From Spirochaetota bacterium (GTDB lineage Bacteria; Spirochaetota; UBA6919; CBDBPB01), in the NCBI GenBank assembly GCA_965208615.1, contig CBDBPB010000004.1, forward strand, positions 160,001-224,000: DNA of 64,000 nucleotides, read 5' to 3'. Positions 53,178-62,968 of this stretch are shown piece by piece. The first letter of the stretch is position 1. The number at the start of each line of letters is the position of its first letter. The notes below the pieces were generated by a model that was not told the origin of the DNA, did no database searches, and saw only the letters and a program-made list of their open reading frames with translations. The position numbers and the translations under genes are program-made.

Positions 53178-53897
53178 ATGAAATCGTTAAGTGTAAACAT
53201 TGATCACGTTGCAACATTAAGGCAGGCAAGGCTTATTAAATATCCATCTGTGGTTTTTGCTGCTGGGATATGTGAATTAGCCGGTGCTGATGGTATTACC
53301 TTTCACCTAAGGGAAGACCGAAGGCATATACAAGATAATGATGTTAGGTTATTAAAAGAAAGTGTTAATACAAAGTTAAACTTTGAGATGGCTGCTACTG
53401 ATGAGATGCTTAATATTGCTAAAAGTATAAAGCCCTTCCAGGTTACTCTTGTGCCAGAAAAACGTGAGGAACTTACTACTGAAGGCGGACTTAATGTTAT
53501 TAGTAGGGTTAGTGAGCTTAAAGGTTATGGTGAGGCTATAAAGGACTCAGGTATCTTTTTATGTTTATTTGTTGATCCTGACTTACGCCAAATAGAAGCC
53601 TGTAAAGAGGCTGGCTGTGATTATATAGAGATTCATACTGGTACATATTGTGATAGTACAACATTAGAAGGTCAAAACATAGAGCTTAAGAAGGTTATAA
53701 AAGCCGCTAAGTTTGCTAATGACCTCGGAATGGTTGTTACTGCTGGTCATGGTATAAACTATCACAATATAAATAGGCTTGCACAGATTAACGAGATTAA
53801 AGAATTTAGTATTGGTCATGGGATAATATCAAAGGCCATTTTTGTTGGCTTAGAGAATGCAGTTAGAGAGATGAAAAGTCTTATACAGTCCGATTAA
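53178..53897 (+). CDS. pdxJ: pyridoxine 5'-phosphate synthase
   Basis: VNIDHVATLRQAR, HLREDRRHI, ELTTEGG, EIHTG, IGHGII. Confidence 0.97.
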   Translation: MKSLSVNIDHVATLRQARLIKYPSVVFAAGICELAGADGITFHLREDRRHIQDNDVRLLKESVNTKLNFEMAATDEMLNIAKSIKPFQVTLVPEKREELTTEGGLNVISRVSELKGYGEAIKDSGIFLCLFVDPDLRQIEACKEAGCDYIEIHTGTYCDSTTLEGQNIELKKVIKAAKFANDLGMVVTAGHGINYHNINRLAQINEIKEFSIGHGIISKAIFVGLENAVREMKSLIQSD

Positions 53898-54040
53898 CTT
53901 TGTTAGTCCATTATTAAATAGTATTATTTATCCCCGGCATAAAAAAGCAGGTCTAAACTTAAGATTAAAGTCCTTATAATCCCAATAGAATAGCTTTTAA
54001 TTTATTATAAAGTGTATAAGTTTAGTATAGTAATAAGAAT

Positions 54041-55054
54041 TTAATCATTTAGTTTTTCCCACTCATAAGCACTTTTACATATTAAGTCAAGGTTTTCATA
54101 TTTAGGTTTCCAGTTCATTTTATCTTTTATTTTGCTATTATTAGATATTAACTCCGCTATATCACCTGCCCTTTTTGCTGCAATATCAACTCTAAAGTCA
54201 GTATTAACAACTCTCTTTATAGCCTCTATCACCTCTTTTACGCTATACCCTTTTCCATAACCTACATTAAATATATCATTATCATTAAAATTATAAATAG
54301 CATTTATGTGAGCATCAGCCAAGTCATCCACATGTATATAATCTCTTACCCCTGTACCATCTTTTGTATTAAAATCATCTCCAAATATTAGCATTTTTTT
54401 TCTTTTGTTTGCGGCACACTCTGAAGCAACTTTTATTAAATGGGTTGCATTTGTAGAAGATTGTCCAATTCTAGGAGTTAGCTCATTTTTAGCATTATAG
54501 TTTATATCTGCACCTGCTACATTAAAATACCTAAAGATTACAAATTTAAAACTGTTATAAGCCTTAGCGGTATCTTGGATTATTTTTTCACTAATAAGTT
54601 TGCTCATTCCGTATGGATTCATGGGATTTGTTGGATAACTTTCATCTACCCCATTTTTTGGAATATTAGATGGTTCCCCATAAACAGCTGCCGTAGAAGA
54701 AAATATAAACTTTTCAACTCCATTTTCAACCGCAGATCTAACTAGATTTGTAGTATTTACAGTATTATTCATATAATATTTTAACGGATTCTCTATGGAT
54801 TCTGGTATAACAGTATTTGCAGCAAAATGTATAATGATTTTTATATTGTTATCTTTAATAACTTTGTCTATCTCATAAAACTCTTTTAAATCGAGCCTTA
54901 TAAATTTAAAAGGTTTTATCCTTTGCAATGTATTTATAGTTTTTATTTTACCAGTAGAAAGATTATCTATAACTACAAGGTTTATTTTTCTTTCGAGTAG
55001 CTGTTTAACTACATGACTCCCTATATACCCAGCACCACCTGTTATTAAAATAAT
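54041..55054 (-). CDS. galE: UDP-glucose 4-epimerase; start extended to ATT at 55054
   Basis: In-frame ILITGGAGYIGSH upstream of the track start; SSTAAVYG, YGMSK, RYFNVAGA, RDYIHV; AAGGAG 6 nt before ATT. Confidence 0.92.
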   Translation of the reverse strand: MILITGGAGYIGSHVVKQLLERKINLVVIDNLSTGKIKTINTLQRIKPFKFIRLDLKEFYEIDKVIKDNNIKIIIHFAANTVIPESIENPLKYYMNNTVNTTNLVRSAVENGVEKFIFSSTAAVYGEPSNIPKNGVDESYPTNPMNPYGMSKLISEKIIQDTAKAYNSFKFVIFRYFNVAGADINYNAKNELTPRIGQSSTNATHLIKVASECAANKRKKMLIFGDDFNTKDGTGVRDYIHVDDLADAHINAIYNFNDNDIFNVGYGKGYSVKEVIEAIKRVVNTDFRVDIAAKRAGDIAELISNNSKIKDKMNWKPKYENLDLICKSAYEWEKLND

Positions 55055-55098
55055 ATTAATCTCCTTTTCTGTTTTAACAATTGTATTTAATAATATAC

Positions 55099-56193
55099 TT
55101 ACAAAATACTCTCATAAACTTTTTTCATATTATAAGCAGTTTTTTTCCAAGAAAAATACTTTAACCTTTCGGTTCCTTTAGATATAATTTTTTTTCTTAA
55201 TTCTTTATCTTTTAAAACTTTGTTAATACTCTCTTGCATAGACTCAATACTATAAGGATCAAAATAGACTGCACCGTCAGTAGCAATTTCTGGAAAACAA
55301 CTTGTATTACTACATACTAAAGGACATTTACAAGCAAAAGCCTCTAAAATTGGAATACCAAAACCTTCATACAAAGAAGGGAATACAAAAAGTTGTGCAT
55401 TTTTATAAAGATAAGCTAATTGTTCATCATCTAAATTATAATGATAAACTCTTTTTGATAGATTCATTGAATCTATTATTTTTTTTTCTTCATCATTAAA
55501 GCCATTACCGCCAGTACAAACTAAAGATAAGTCTAAGTGTTCCAAAAAGAGTTTTTCTAAAGCATAAAGAAATCTATTAAAGTTTTTATACATATGTCTT
55601 GCACCAACATATAAAATATATTTTGAGGGGATTTTTAGTTTTATATTGTTTAACATACTCTTATTACCAAACATACTCTGCCCATGATATACAACTTCAA
55701 TTTTCGATTGATCAATCCCAAATATTTGTACTAAATCTTTTTTTGTATTCTCTGATACAGCAATTATTTTTGTTGCTTTTTGTGTTAAATATTTTTTATA
55801 TTCTGTTGTTTTGTCATCTAAATTAAACATATCTTTAAATTTTTCATGGATCATATCATGTGCAGTGAATACAAATGGTTTATCTGTGTATTTTGTGAAA
55901 TACATATCATAATAAGTTGGGTGGAAGACGTCAAATTTTTGTCTTTTTAATTGTAATATTGAATAAATTTTATTTAGAGGATTAGTTATATGGTGATGTT
56001 TAAAATAGTTAGGCAAAAAAGAGTTTATTACTAAGTTCATTTTTGAAATATAGTAATTGTTAGATAACAATAATGATATACTTGTAGAGATATTATCAAT
56101 ATCCTTAAATTCTTTATTTAATTCATAAAAATACCTTGATATCCCCCCGTACGTTTGAGCAATAAATATTTGATGATCATAAAGTATTTTCAT
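55099..56193 (-). CDS. glycosyltransferase family 4
   Basis: YGGISRYF, FHPTYY, FPSLYEGFGIPILEA. Confidence 0.93.
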   Translation of the reverse strand: MKILYDHQIFIAQTYGGISRYFYELNKEFKDIDNISTSISLLLSNNYYISKMNLVINSFLPNYFKHHHITNPLNKIYSILQLKRQKFDVFHPTYYDMYFTKYTDKPFVFTAHDMIHEKFKDMFNLDDKTTEYKKYLTQKATKIIAVSENTKKDLVQIFGIDQSKIEVVYHGQSMFGNKSMLNNIKLKIPSKYILYVGARHMYKNFNRFLYALEKLFLEHLDLSLVCTGGNGFNDEEKKIIDSMNLSKRVYHYNLDDEQLAYLYKNAQLFVFPSLYEGFGIPILEAFACKCPLVCSNTSCFPEIATDGAVYFDPYSIESMQESINKVLKDKELRKKIISKGTERLKYFSWKKTAYNMKKVYESIL

Positions 56194-56194
56194 T
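56164..56194. repeat. 31-bp direct repeat, copy 1 (start of the GT4 gene)
   Basis: AAATATTTGATGATCATAAAGTATTTTCATT, identical at 57170-57200. Confidence 0.95.
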
Positions 56195-56196
56195 AT

Positions 56197-57142
56197 TTAT
56201 AACTCCTTAGATTCTATTAAAGACTTAAGTTTGACTTTTGTATTTGTTTCCATATTTATAAGTTCCATTTCTTTAATTAGATTTAATCCTTGCTTAGCTC
56301 TAATATATGTAAGATTTCCTTCCTTATCTCGTGATTGTCTTGCCTTTAGTTCAACAAATGAATCTACAGGTGTAGTAATTAGTTCTTTAATATATTTTTC
56401 AGCATATTCTTTCTTAACAAAAAAAGCATCATTTCCTGCTTCTGTACAACCTATATATTCATAGCCTTTGCTTTTAGCAAGAGAGTATAAAGCTTGGATT
56501 GAAGCTCCAAAGTATAAACCAGAATAATGTTTTTTAGTTCTTAGAAAATTGTCATCATATGGTACTGTTAATTGTAGTTTATTTCCAAATATCCAATTAT
56601 ATTCACAAATAACTATCACTGGGTTAATCGATTTAATAGACTTCCAAATATAGTAATCATTACCGTCAATATCAATACTGAGTAATCCTATCTCTTTATT
56701 AAACCCACTACAATTAATATACTCTGAAATAACAGGATCTATATTATCTTTTGTAATAAAAAGTTCTCTTGCTAATAAATCATATTTCCAGTAAAAGTCG
56801 CTATTTTTTATATAATATATATTATTAGCTGAGCTGTCTAAAACAAAACCAAACCAATTGTCATTTTCAAGTAAAAACTTTGTATTAGCCTCCTCATAAT
56901 TAGATACACCAAACTCTATAAATACCTTATTTTCTATTGGTAGTTTATTAATAAGATATTGAATAATGCCATCTTCACCCCATTGTGAAAATATTTTAAA
57001 TTCTATTTCTTTTAAAGAATTAATCTTTTTCTTTCTAAACATATTAGAAAGTATTTTTCCCTGATTAATTAAAATTTGCTTAGTATAGTGTGTTTGGTTT
57101 AAAAATAATTTATTACTAACTTTTTTTTATTATACTTAGCAT
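56197..57142 (-). CDS. FkbM-like/methyltransferase-fold protein; 5' end frameshifted at an A8 tract
   Basis: FSQWGEDG, FIEFG, LSIDIDGNDY, EYN motifs; ATG 57142 with AGGGG RBS is one base out of frame with track ORF 56197-57042. Confidence 0.7.
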
Positions 57143-57169
57143 TTAGTACCCCTATATATTTTATTAATA

Positions 57170-57200
57170 AAATATTTGATGATCATAAAGTATTTTCATT
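57170..57200. repeat. 31-bp direct repeat, copy 2
   Basis: Identical to 56164-56194; its ATG overlaps the TGA of ORF 57196-57963. Confidence 0.95.
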
Positions 57201-57963
57201 CCTGACTCATTTTTATGTGGTCATCCCAGGTTTTACTTTTGAGTTTTTTTATAAACAAACTATAAAAATTAAATCTATCAAGCCTTAAAATATATTTTGT
57301 ATAAATTGCTAAACGCTTTTTTGTTATTAAGTGAAAACCATTTAAATTGTAATAATAAAGTTTATACTTATTTGCTATAAATCTTAAAGCTTTTTCACTA
57401 TAAAAAGAAATATGCTGTCCATGTTCAAGTCCGTAATACCACCAGTCTTTTGGCTTTGGTATAGGATTTGCTAAAAGCTCAGTTGTAAAAATAATATTAT
57501 CAGAAATATCTAATAATTTTTCTATTTCTTTTATAGGATTTACAAAATGTTCAAAACTTTCAAAAGTTGTTATAGCCTCTATAGTACAACCTGTATTTAC
57601 GAACTCAAAGCCTTTAGCAAAAAGGTTTTGAGTATATAAATCATCCCAATAAAAATCAAACCCTATATCTCTCATTAATCTAACAAACATACCGTATCCA
57701 CCAGCATAATCTATATATTTTCCATTTTTATTAAAAAAAAGAACTAATAAGGTAGCTAATCCTTTAGATAGCTCTAAATTTCGTCGTATATAACCAGTAT
57801 CTGATAGATTTATAGATTCACTATAAGCCTCTTTAAGCCAGTATGGTTCTTCAGTTTGTAAAAAACCACAATCCCCGCAATGAAAGTATTTTATATCATA
57901 CTTATTTAATATCTTTCCATCAAATATATAGTTGGTTTTTTTAGTACATACTTTGCAATTCAT
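57196..57963 (-). CDS. class I SAM-dependent methyltransferase with N-terminal Zn ribbon
   Basis: CKVC...CGDC, DYAGGYG, FESFEHF, GQHISFYS. Confidence 0.88.
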   Translation of the reverse strand: MNCKVCTKKTNYIFDGKILNKYDIKYFHCGDCGFLQTEEPYWLKEAYSESINLSDTGYIRRNLELSKGLATLLVLFFNKNGKYIDYAGGYGMFVRLMRDIGFDFYWDDLYTQNLFAKGFEFVNTGCTIEAITTFESFEHFVNPIKEIEKLLDISDNIIFTTELLANPIPKPKDWWYYGLEHGQHISFYSEKALRFIANKYKLYYYNLNGFHLITKKRLAIYTKYILRLDRFNFYSLFIKKLKSKTWDDHIKMSQE

Positions 57964-59153
57964 GTTATTATTTCTTTAACTATGTTCATTAGCTTTTCAT
58001 AATATTTCTCTTGTGTATTATGTTTTAGAACATATTGATAATTTAAATATTGTAATTTAATTATTTCATCATTTGTTAATTTTAATGCATTTTTTACAGC
58101 CATATCTATTCCCCTATTATCATAACTATCTATCCATATCTCACTACCTGTTGAAATACTGGTCTCTTTAGTTATAATTGGTATAAGCCCTCCATTGCCT
58201 ATAGCTGTTAATACGGATGGAGCACCACCTTCTGAGCAAGAGGGAAGAATAACAAAAGAAGAGCTTTTTAATATATCACAAAATGTATCGCTAGCAATAT
58301 CTATAAAACCGTGAACAATTATATTGGGAGTATTAAATAACTCATTTTTATATACATTAACAAATTCTCTTTCATTATTTATTAGTCCGCATATATGAAG
58401 TGTTAAATCAGTGTTTTTATAAAAGTAATCCAAGAGCAAATCTAAACCTTTATGAACTAATCCTGCACTACCAAACCAAAGAAAACTTTTATTTGCTTCT
58501 TTTGATCTATTTTTTATAATTTCTTCAGCATTTTGAGTTTTAAAGAATAGACATGCTAGACTATAGACTCTACCATCATAATACTTTCTATAGCTATCTG
58601 CGCATACATTATTACCAAGTGCTATTATTGCATCAACTAAAGTTGTTTGATGTGACCATGTTTTTTCAACAAATCTTGCAGATTTACCAAGCCAAACATT
58701 TCTTTTATGATAAACATCTTTAACTCTATTTAAGCTAGCATGGTTTTGATGGCAAACATGCATTCCTCCGCCATAATAAATTGTAGTAATATGTTTGTTT
58801 ATATTGCTTTCAAAATAAGTTTGGAATACATCACCAAAACCCAATATTAAATCATATTTTGCTAATTCTAATTTTCTTTCACGTCTAAAGTCTATAATAT
58901 CAACATTATACCCTAATTCAAAAAGTATTTTAGCCCAACTTCTTGCTTCATAACAATTAGTATGATAAATATATTGTTTTTTAAATGGCAAAGTTATATA
59001 CGATAACAATGCATTTTTATCATAATTTGTACTGTAATAATTAAGAATAATTTCTCTATTTATTAAGTATTCATCAAAGTACCCCTTAATATTGCTCAAA
59101 ATATAAAATAGACGTGGGAAGTACTTTTTTATAAATAACTTTAAAAGTTTCAT
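57960..59153 (-). CDS. glycosyltransferase (GT-B fold)
   Basis: GLVHKGLDLLL, LPSCSEG; first gene of the glycan operon. Confidence 0.82.
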   Translation of the reverse strand: MKLLKLFIKKYFPRLFYILSNIKGYFDEYLINREIILNYYSTNYDKNALLSYITLPFKKQYIYHTNCYEARSWAKILFELGYNVDIIDFRRERKLELAKYDLILGFGDVFQTYFESNINKHITTIYYGGGMHVCHQNHASLNRVKDVYHKRNVWLGKSARFVEKTWSHQTTLVDAIIALGNNVCADSYRKYYDGRVYSLACLFFKTQNAEEIIKNRSKEANKSFLWFGSAGLVHKGLDLLLDYFYKNTDLTLHICGLINNEREFVNVYKNELFNTPNIIVHGFIDIASDTFCDILKSSSFVILPSCSEGGAPSVLTAIGNGGLIPIITKETSISTGSEIWIDSYDNRGIDMAVKNALKLTNDEIIKLQYLNYQYVLKHNTQEKYYEKLMNIVKEIIT

Positions 59154-59281
59154 TTAAATATTTTTTTAAAAAACCTTATAGTTCTGTTAGCAAAAGTTCT
59201 AATAAAGATAGCAAAAAGTACTCTAAAAGTTTAAGTATTTTTACATTTATCAAAAAAAGCAATTTAACAAATACATTATAG

Positions 59282-60658
59282 CTATGCCAACTTAGACATA
59301 GATAATTCTAATATATCACATACTTTGTCTATATCAGCCGGGGTTATAATAACAGGTACTAAAAAACGTATCCTAACAGGATTAGAACCAGCAATAAAGC
59401 AAATAATACCGTCGTCAAACAAGGTCTTTGCCAGTTTAGTAGCGATATTCATGGTTCCATCAAAGGGAGTAAAGGCTATCATTAAGCCAAAACCAAAAGG
59501 TCCAGCTATCCAATGAGGATGCCTATTTTTAATATCCATAAGCCTCTTTACAAAATAATTATGCAGTATGGCTATTTTACCATTATCCCCAAAATAATTA
59601 TTAGTAGAAAGCTCATCCAAAAGCATATTAGCCACCCTAATAGCCCCTGTACTAGACGTATACGTTTGACTAACTAGTCCAGGTTTAGGCTTTAAATCAT
59701 CCGTAAATAAAGTGGCACAAACTTGAGTCATTTTTCCAACAGTGATAACGTCAACATAATCATCCAAAGCAAAGTGCTGAAAAGCGAAAGGTAAATATGT
59801 CCTTGCAAAAGTTTGTATTTCATCCACCATGACAATTATGTTATTCTCTTTTAATACTTTAATTAGCTCAAGGAAAAAGTTATGGTCACCAGGATAAAAC
59901 CCACCCTCACCCTGAACCATCTCAAAACACATAAGAGCATGATCATTAGGATACCTTTTAATACAATTCCTCAAAGCCTTAATAGCCCTATCAATAGAGC
60001 CCTTAGGATCACAATAATCAAAAAATGGGATATAATCCACATCCAGAGTGTGGGGTAATCCAACTCTGCTCTTAGGCCTGTCTGTAAGCTGAGATAAAGC
60101 TAAAGTCCTACCCATAAAGCATCCCTCAAATGCCAGTATACGCTTTTTAGGATACTGTTTCTGAAATACAATTTTTAAGGCATTTTCATTAGCCATTGCA
60201 CCACTAGTCGTTAAAAAACAATGACTAAACCTATGATTCCCGCGATTAGCCAGCCTAATAAACCGTTTTGATAGTTCATAACTAATAATATCCTGCTGTA
60301 AATTACCCTGCATAACCGTATCAGAAACAGAAGAGTCAAGCATAGCCTCTATAACCTTAAGATTACTATGACCAAAATAATGAACCCCAATACCCGTTAT
60401 AAAATCATATTTAACACTTCCATCAAGAAGCTCAACCAATGAACCACTACCAAGACCACTAGTAATATACGGATAATAAAGTCCTGATCCGCGAATATTA
60501 GAAAAATCATCTATAATATTAAGATAATCATCCACTAAGTCGCTCTCAGAAGGCTTAATATCGACTATCTTAGCTGAGTAGTCCTTCACAACGGATAATA
60601 TAAGCTCCTTAGCCCTAATATACCGTTGGTCAGACAGTATAAGCTCCAAACTATTCAT
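59282..60658 (-). CDS. class III PLP-dependent aminotransferase
   Basis: SGAMANENALK, FMGRT, EMVQGEGG, DEIQT, GKM. Confidence 0.9.
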   Translation of the reverse strand: MNSLELILSDQRYIRAKELILSVVKDYSAKIVDIKPSESDLVDDYLNIIDDFSNIRGSGLYYPYITSGLGSGSLVELLDGSVKYDFITGIGVHYFGHSNLKVIEAMLDSSVSDTVMQGNLQQDIISYELSKRFIRLANRGNHRFSHCFLTTSGAMANENALKIVFQKQYPKKRILAFEGCFMGRTLALSQLTDRPKSRVGLPHTLDVDYIPFFDYCDPKGSIDRAIKALRNCIKRYPNDHALMCFEMVQGEGGFYPGDHNFFLELIKVLKENNIIVMVDEIQTFARTYLPFAFQHFALDDYVDVITVGKMTQVCATLFTDDLKPKPGLVSQTYTSSTGAIRVANMLLDELSTNNYFGDNGKIAILHNYFVKRLMDIKNRHPHWIAGPFGFGLMIAFTPFDGTMNIATKLAKTLFDDGIICFIAGSNPVRIRFLVPVIITPADIDKVCDILELSMSKLA

Positions 60659-61866
60659 AGTAATCCCTTAAAATCTCCATTGGCTAACCTCGTCAAAAAT
60701 ATAGTAGTTAACTTAGTCCGCTCAACTAAACTGTCTATATAAAGAAACTCATCCCCGCTATGAATGCCGCTTCCCATAGCTCCCATGGTATCCACAACGG
60801 GTATACCCATACTGGATATTATATTACCATCACATACCCCACCAGTATGAGTCCAAGTAATGCGTTCACCCAAGCTATTAGCGGTATCAGTTATAGCCCT
60901 TTGCAAGTTTTTAGTTTTTTCATCAATATGCTTAGGAGGACGTAAAAATATACCATCCACTTCTATCTTAACAGACCTATTTTTATAATCCCTAATTAGA
61001 CCATCTAAAAACGACTCCACATAGCTAACATCATCAGAACTTCCCACCCTAATATTAAAAGCACATCCAGCTCTATCAGGTACTACATTAGTCACTCCCC
61101 CGCCTTTAACTGAACCTACATTCACTGTTAAGCCATCCCTCTTACCCGTTAGACTGGACAATTTTAATATAATCTCAGATAAAATATCTATGGCATTAAT
61201 ACCAAGATGATGTTCCCTACCTGCATGAGCAGATTTACCATGAACTACTAAGGTAAAATTAGCTGATCCTTTTCTGGATATAACCATTGATCCGTCGGAT
61301 AAACAAGGCTCATAAACCAATGCCAATAAAGAATCCTTAGAAAGCTCCTTAAAAAACTTTGCACTTCCAATTGAACCTATTTCTTCATCAGGGTTTATAA
61401 ATATGTCCCAGCCTAAACTATTAGCATATTCACTATGCTCAAATGCCATTAGGGACATTAACATGATTATAATACCCGACTTTGCATCCAGTACCCCAGG
61501 CCCCCTTAATATATCTGCGGACTCGCTAACAGGAAAATCGTAAGACTCCAAAAAAACTGTATCGTAGTGAATGGATAAAAATATCCTCTTAGGACTATCT
61601 AATCGCTTATACCCTCTAATAGCCCTACCCAGCTTAATATTATGACGCTTACCATCCATACCAAGACTATTAAAACTATCCAAATCCAGATAATAACACT
61701 TATCACTAATCTCGCTAATAAAACGATACAGCAACTCAGCTAACTTGTTAAGACCAGATATATTAAAAGAATGAGTGTTAATATTAGCCCACTCTTTTAA
61801 CAAATCCAGCATATAACCTTTTTGACCGTCAATCCAATCTAATATTTTATTCTTCATTATAATCAA
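60655..61866 (-). CDS. M20 family metallo-hydrolase (ArgE/carboxypeptidase G2-like)
   Basis: HYDTV, GPGVLDAKSG, DEEIGS, HAGR, GGVCDGN, IHSGDE. Confidence 0.9.
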   Translation of the reverse strand: MIIMKNKILDWIDGQKGYMLDLLKEWANINTHSFNISGLNKLAELLYRFISEISDKCYYLDLDSFNSLGMDGKRHNIKLGRAIRGYKRLDSPKRIFLSIHYDTVFLESYDFPVSESADILRGPGVLDAKSGIIIMLMSLMAFEHSEYANSLGWDIFINPDEEIGSIGSAKFFKELSKDSLLALVYEPCLSDGSMVISRKGSANFTLVVHGKSAHAGREHHLGINAIDILSEIILKLSSLTGKRDGLTVNVGSVKGGGVTNVVPDRAGCAFNIRVGSSDDVSYVESFLDGLIRDYKNRSVKIEVDGIFLRPPKHIDEKTKNLQRAITDTANSLGERITWTHTGGVCDGNIISSMGIPVVDTMGAMGSGIHSGDEFLYIDSLVERTKLTTIFLTRLANGDFKGLL

Positions 61867-61986
61867 GCAAAATGATAAATTTTATCAATTTGTATTCCAA
61901 ATCCAATACCTTATACTTTACTGTCATCCTGTCCTCCGTAACTATAACACAAGGATAGCCAACGTCATAGAAATACATTTATTTTG

Positions 61987-62015
61987 TTGACATATCTATT
62001 TTATAATGCTACTTT
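61987..62015 (+). promoter_or_regulatory. putative promoter of the VIT1/CCC1 gene
   Basis: TTGACA-17 bp-TACTTT with TG extended -10. Confidence 0.45.
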
Positions 62016-62085
62016 TAATAAGTTTACATATTTGTTACCCATAATCAACAAATATATAATAAATAAAATCTAAAAAAGAGATAAC

Positions 62086-62967
62086 ATGAACTATAACGGA
62101 TACCACATTAGCAAAGATACCCTTAAGGATATTATTAAATCACAAAAAAATGAAATTACCGAATTCTTATTGTACTCAAAACTTGCCAGTACTACTAAAG
62201 ATCAACAAAATAAAAAAGTATTAATAGAAATAGCCAAAGATGAACTTAGACATTATAGATTTTGGAAAAAAATATCAAAGAAAAAACTAAAACCCAATAA
62301 CATAAAAATATTCATATATTACTGGATAGCTAAAATATTTGGACTCACCTTCGGTGTAAAACTAATGGAAAAAGGTGAGGCTAAAGCACAAATATTATAC
62401 AATCACATCGCAAAAGAAATACCAGAGGTAAAAGAAATAGCTAAAGAAGAGGATATCCACGAAAAAGAATTGCTAAAATTAATAAACGAAGATAGACTAA
62501 AATACGTAGGATCAGTAGTACTAGGCCTAAATGATGCCCTTGTAGAGCTAACAGGTACACTAGCAGGACTAACCTTTGCACTACAAAAAACTAAACTAAT
62601 AGCCATAATAGGACTAATAACAGGTATAGCGGCTTCACTATCTATGGCGTCATCAGAGTATTTATCAACCAAATCAGACGGTGGAAGTAAGCATCCTATA
62701 AAATCATCTCTCTATACAGGAGTAGCCTATATAATTACAGTATTCCTTTTGATAATACCGTATTTACTACTAGATAACTACCTATTATGCTTATCCATAA
62801 CGGTTTTAAACGCCATATTAATAATTATTATATTTAACTTTTACATATCCATTGCAAAAGACCTTCCATTCAAAAAAAGGCTAACAGAAATGATCCTAAT
62901 CAGCATAAGCGTAACTATAATATCATTTGCCATAGGCTACCTAATTAGACTAAATATAGACCTATAA
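62086..62967 (+). CDS. VIT1/CCC1 transporter with N-terminal ferritin/rubrerythrin-like domain
   Basis: DELRH and EEDIHE ExxH motifs; VLGLNDALVELTG, SMASSEYLS. Confidence 0.9.
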   Translation: MNYNGYHISKDTLKDIIKSQKNEITEFLLYSKLASTTKDQQNKKVLIEIAKDELRHYRFWKKISKKKLKPNNIKIFIYYWIAKIFGLTFGVKLMEKGEAKAQILYNHIAKEIPEVKEIAKEEDIHEKELLKLINEDRLKYVGSVVLGLNDALVELTGTLAGLTFALQKTKLIAIIGLITGIAASLSMASSEYLSTKSDGGSKHPIKSSLYTGVAYIITVFLLIIPYLLLDNYLLCLSITVLNAILIIIIFNFYISIAKDLPFKKRLTEMILISISVTIISFAIGYLIRLNIDL

Positions 62968-62968
62968 T

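Noticed and set aside
2272-62672. Short antisense or nested ORFs in the track (e.g. 13935-14402, 27675-28085, 37598-37924, 49340-49636)
   Set aside because: They lie within well-supported genes and read as shadow frames
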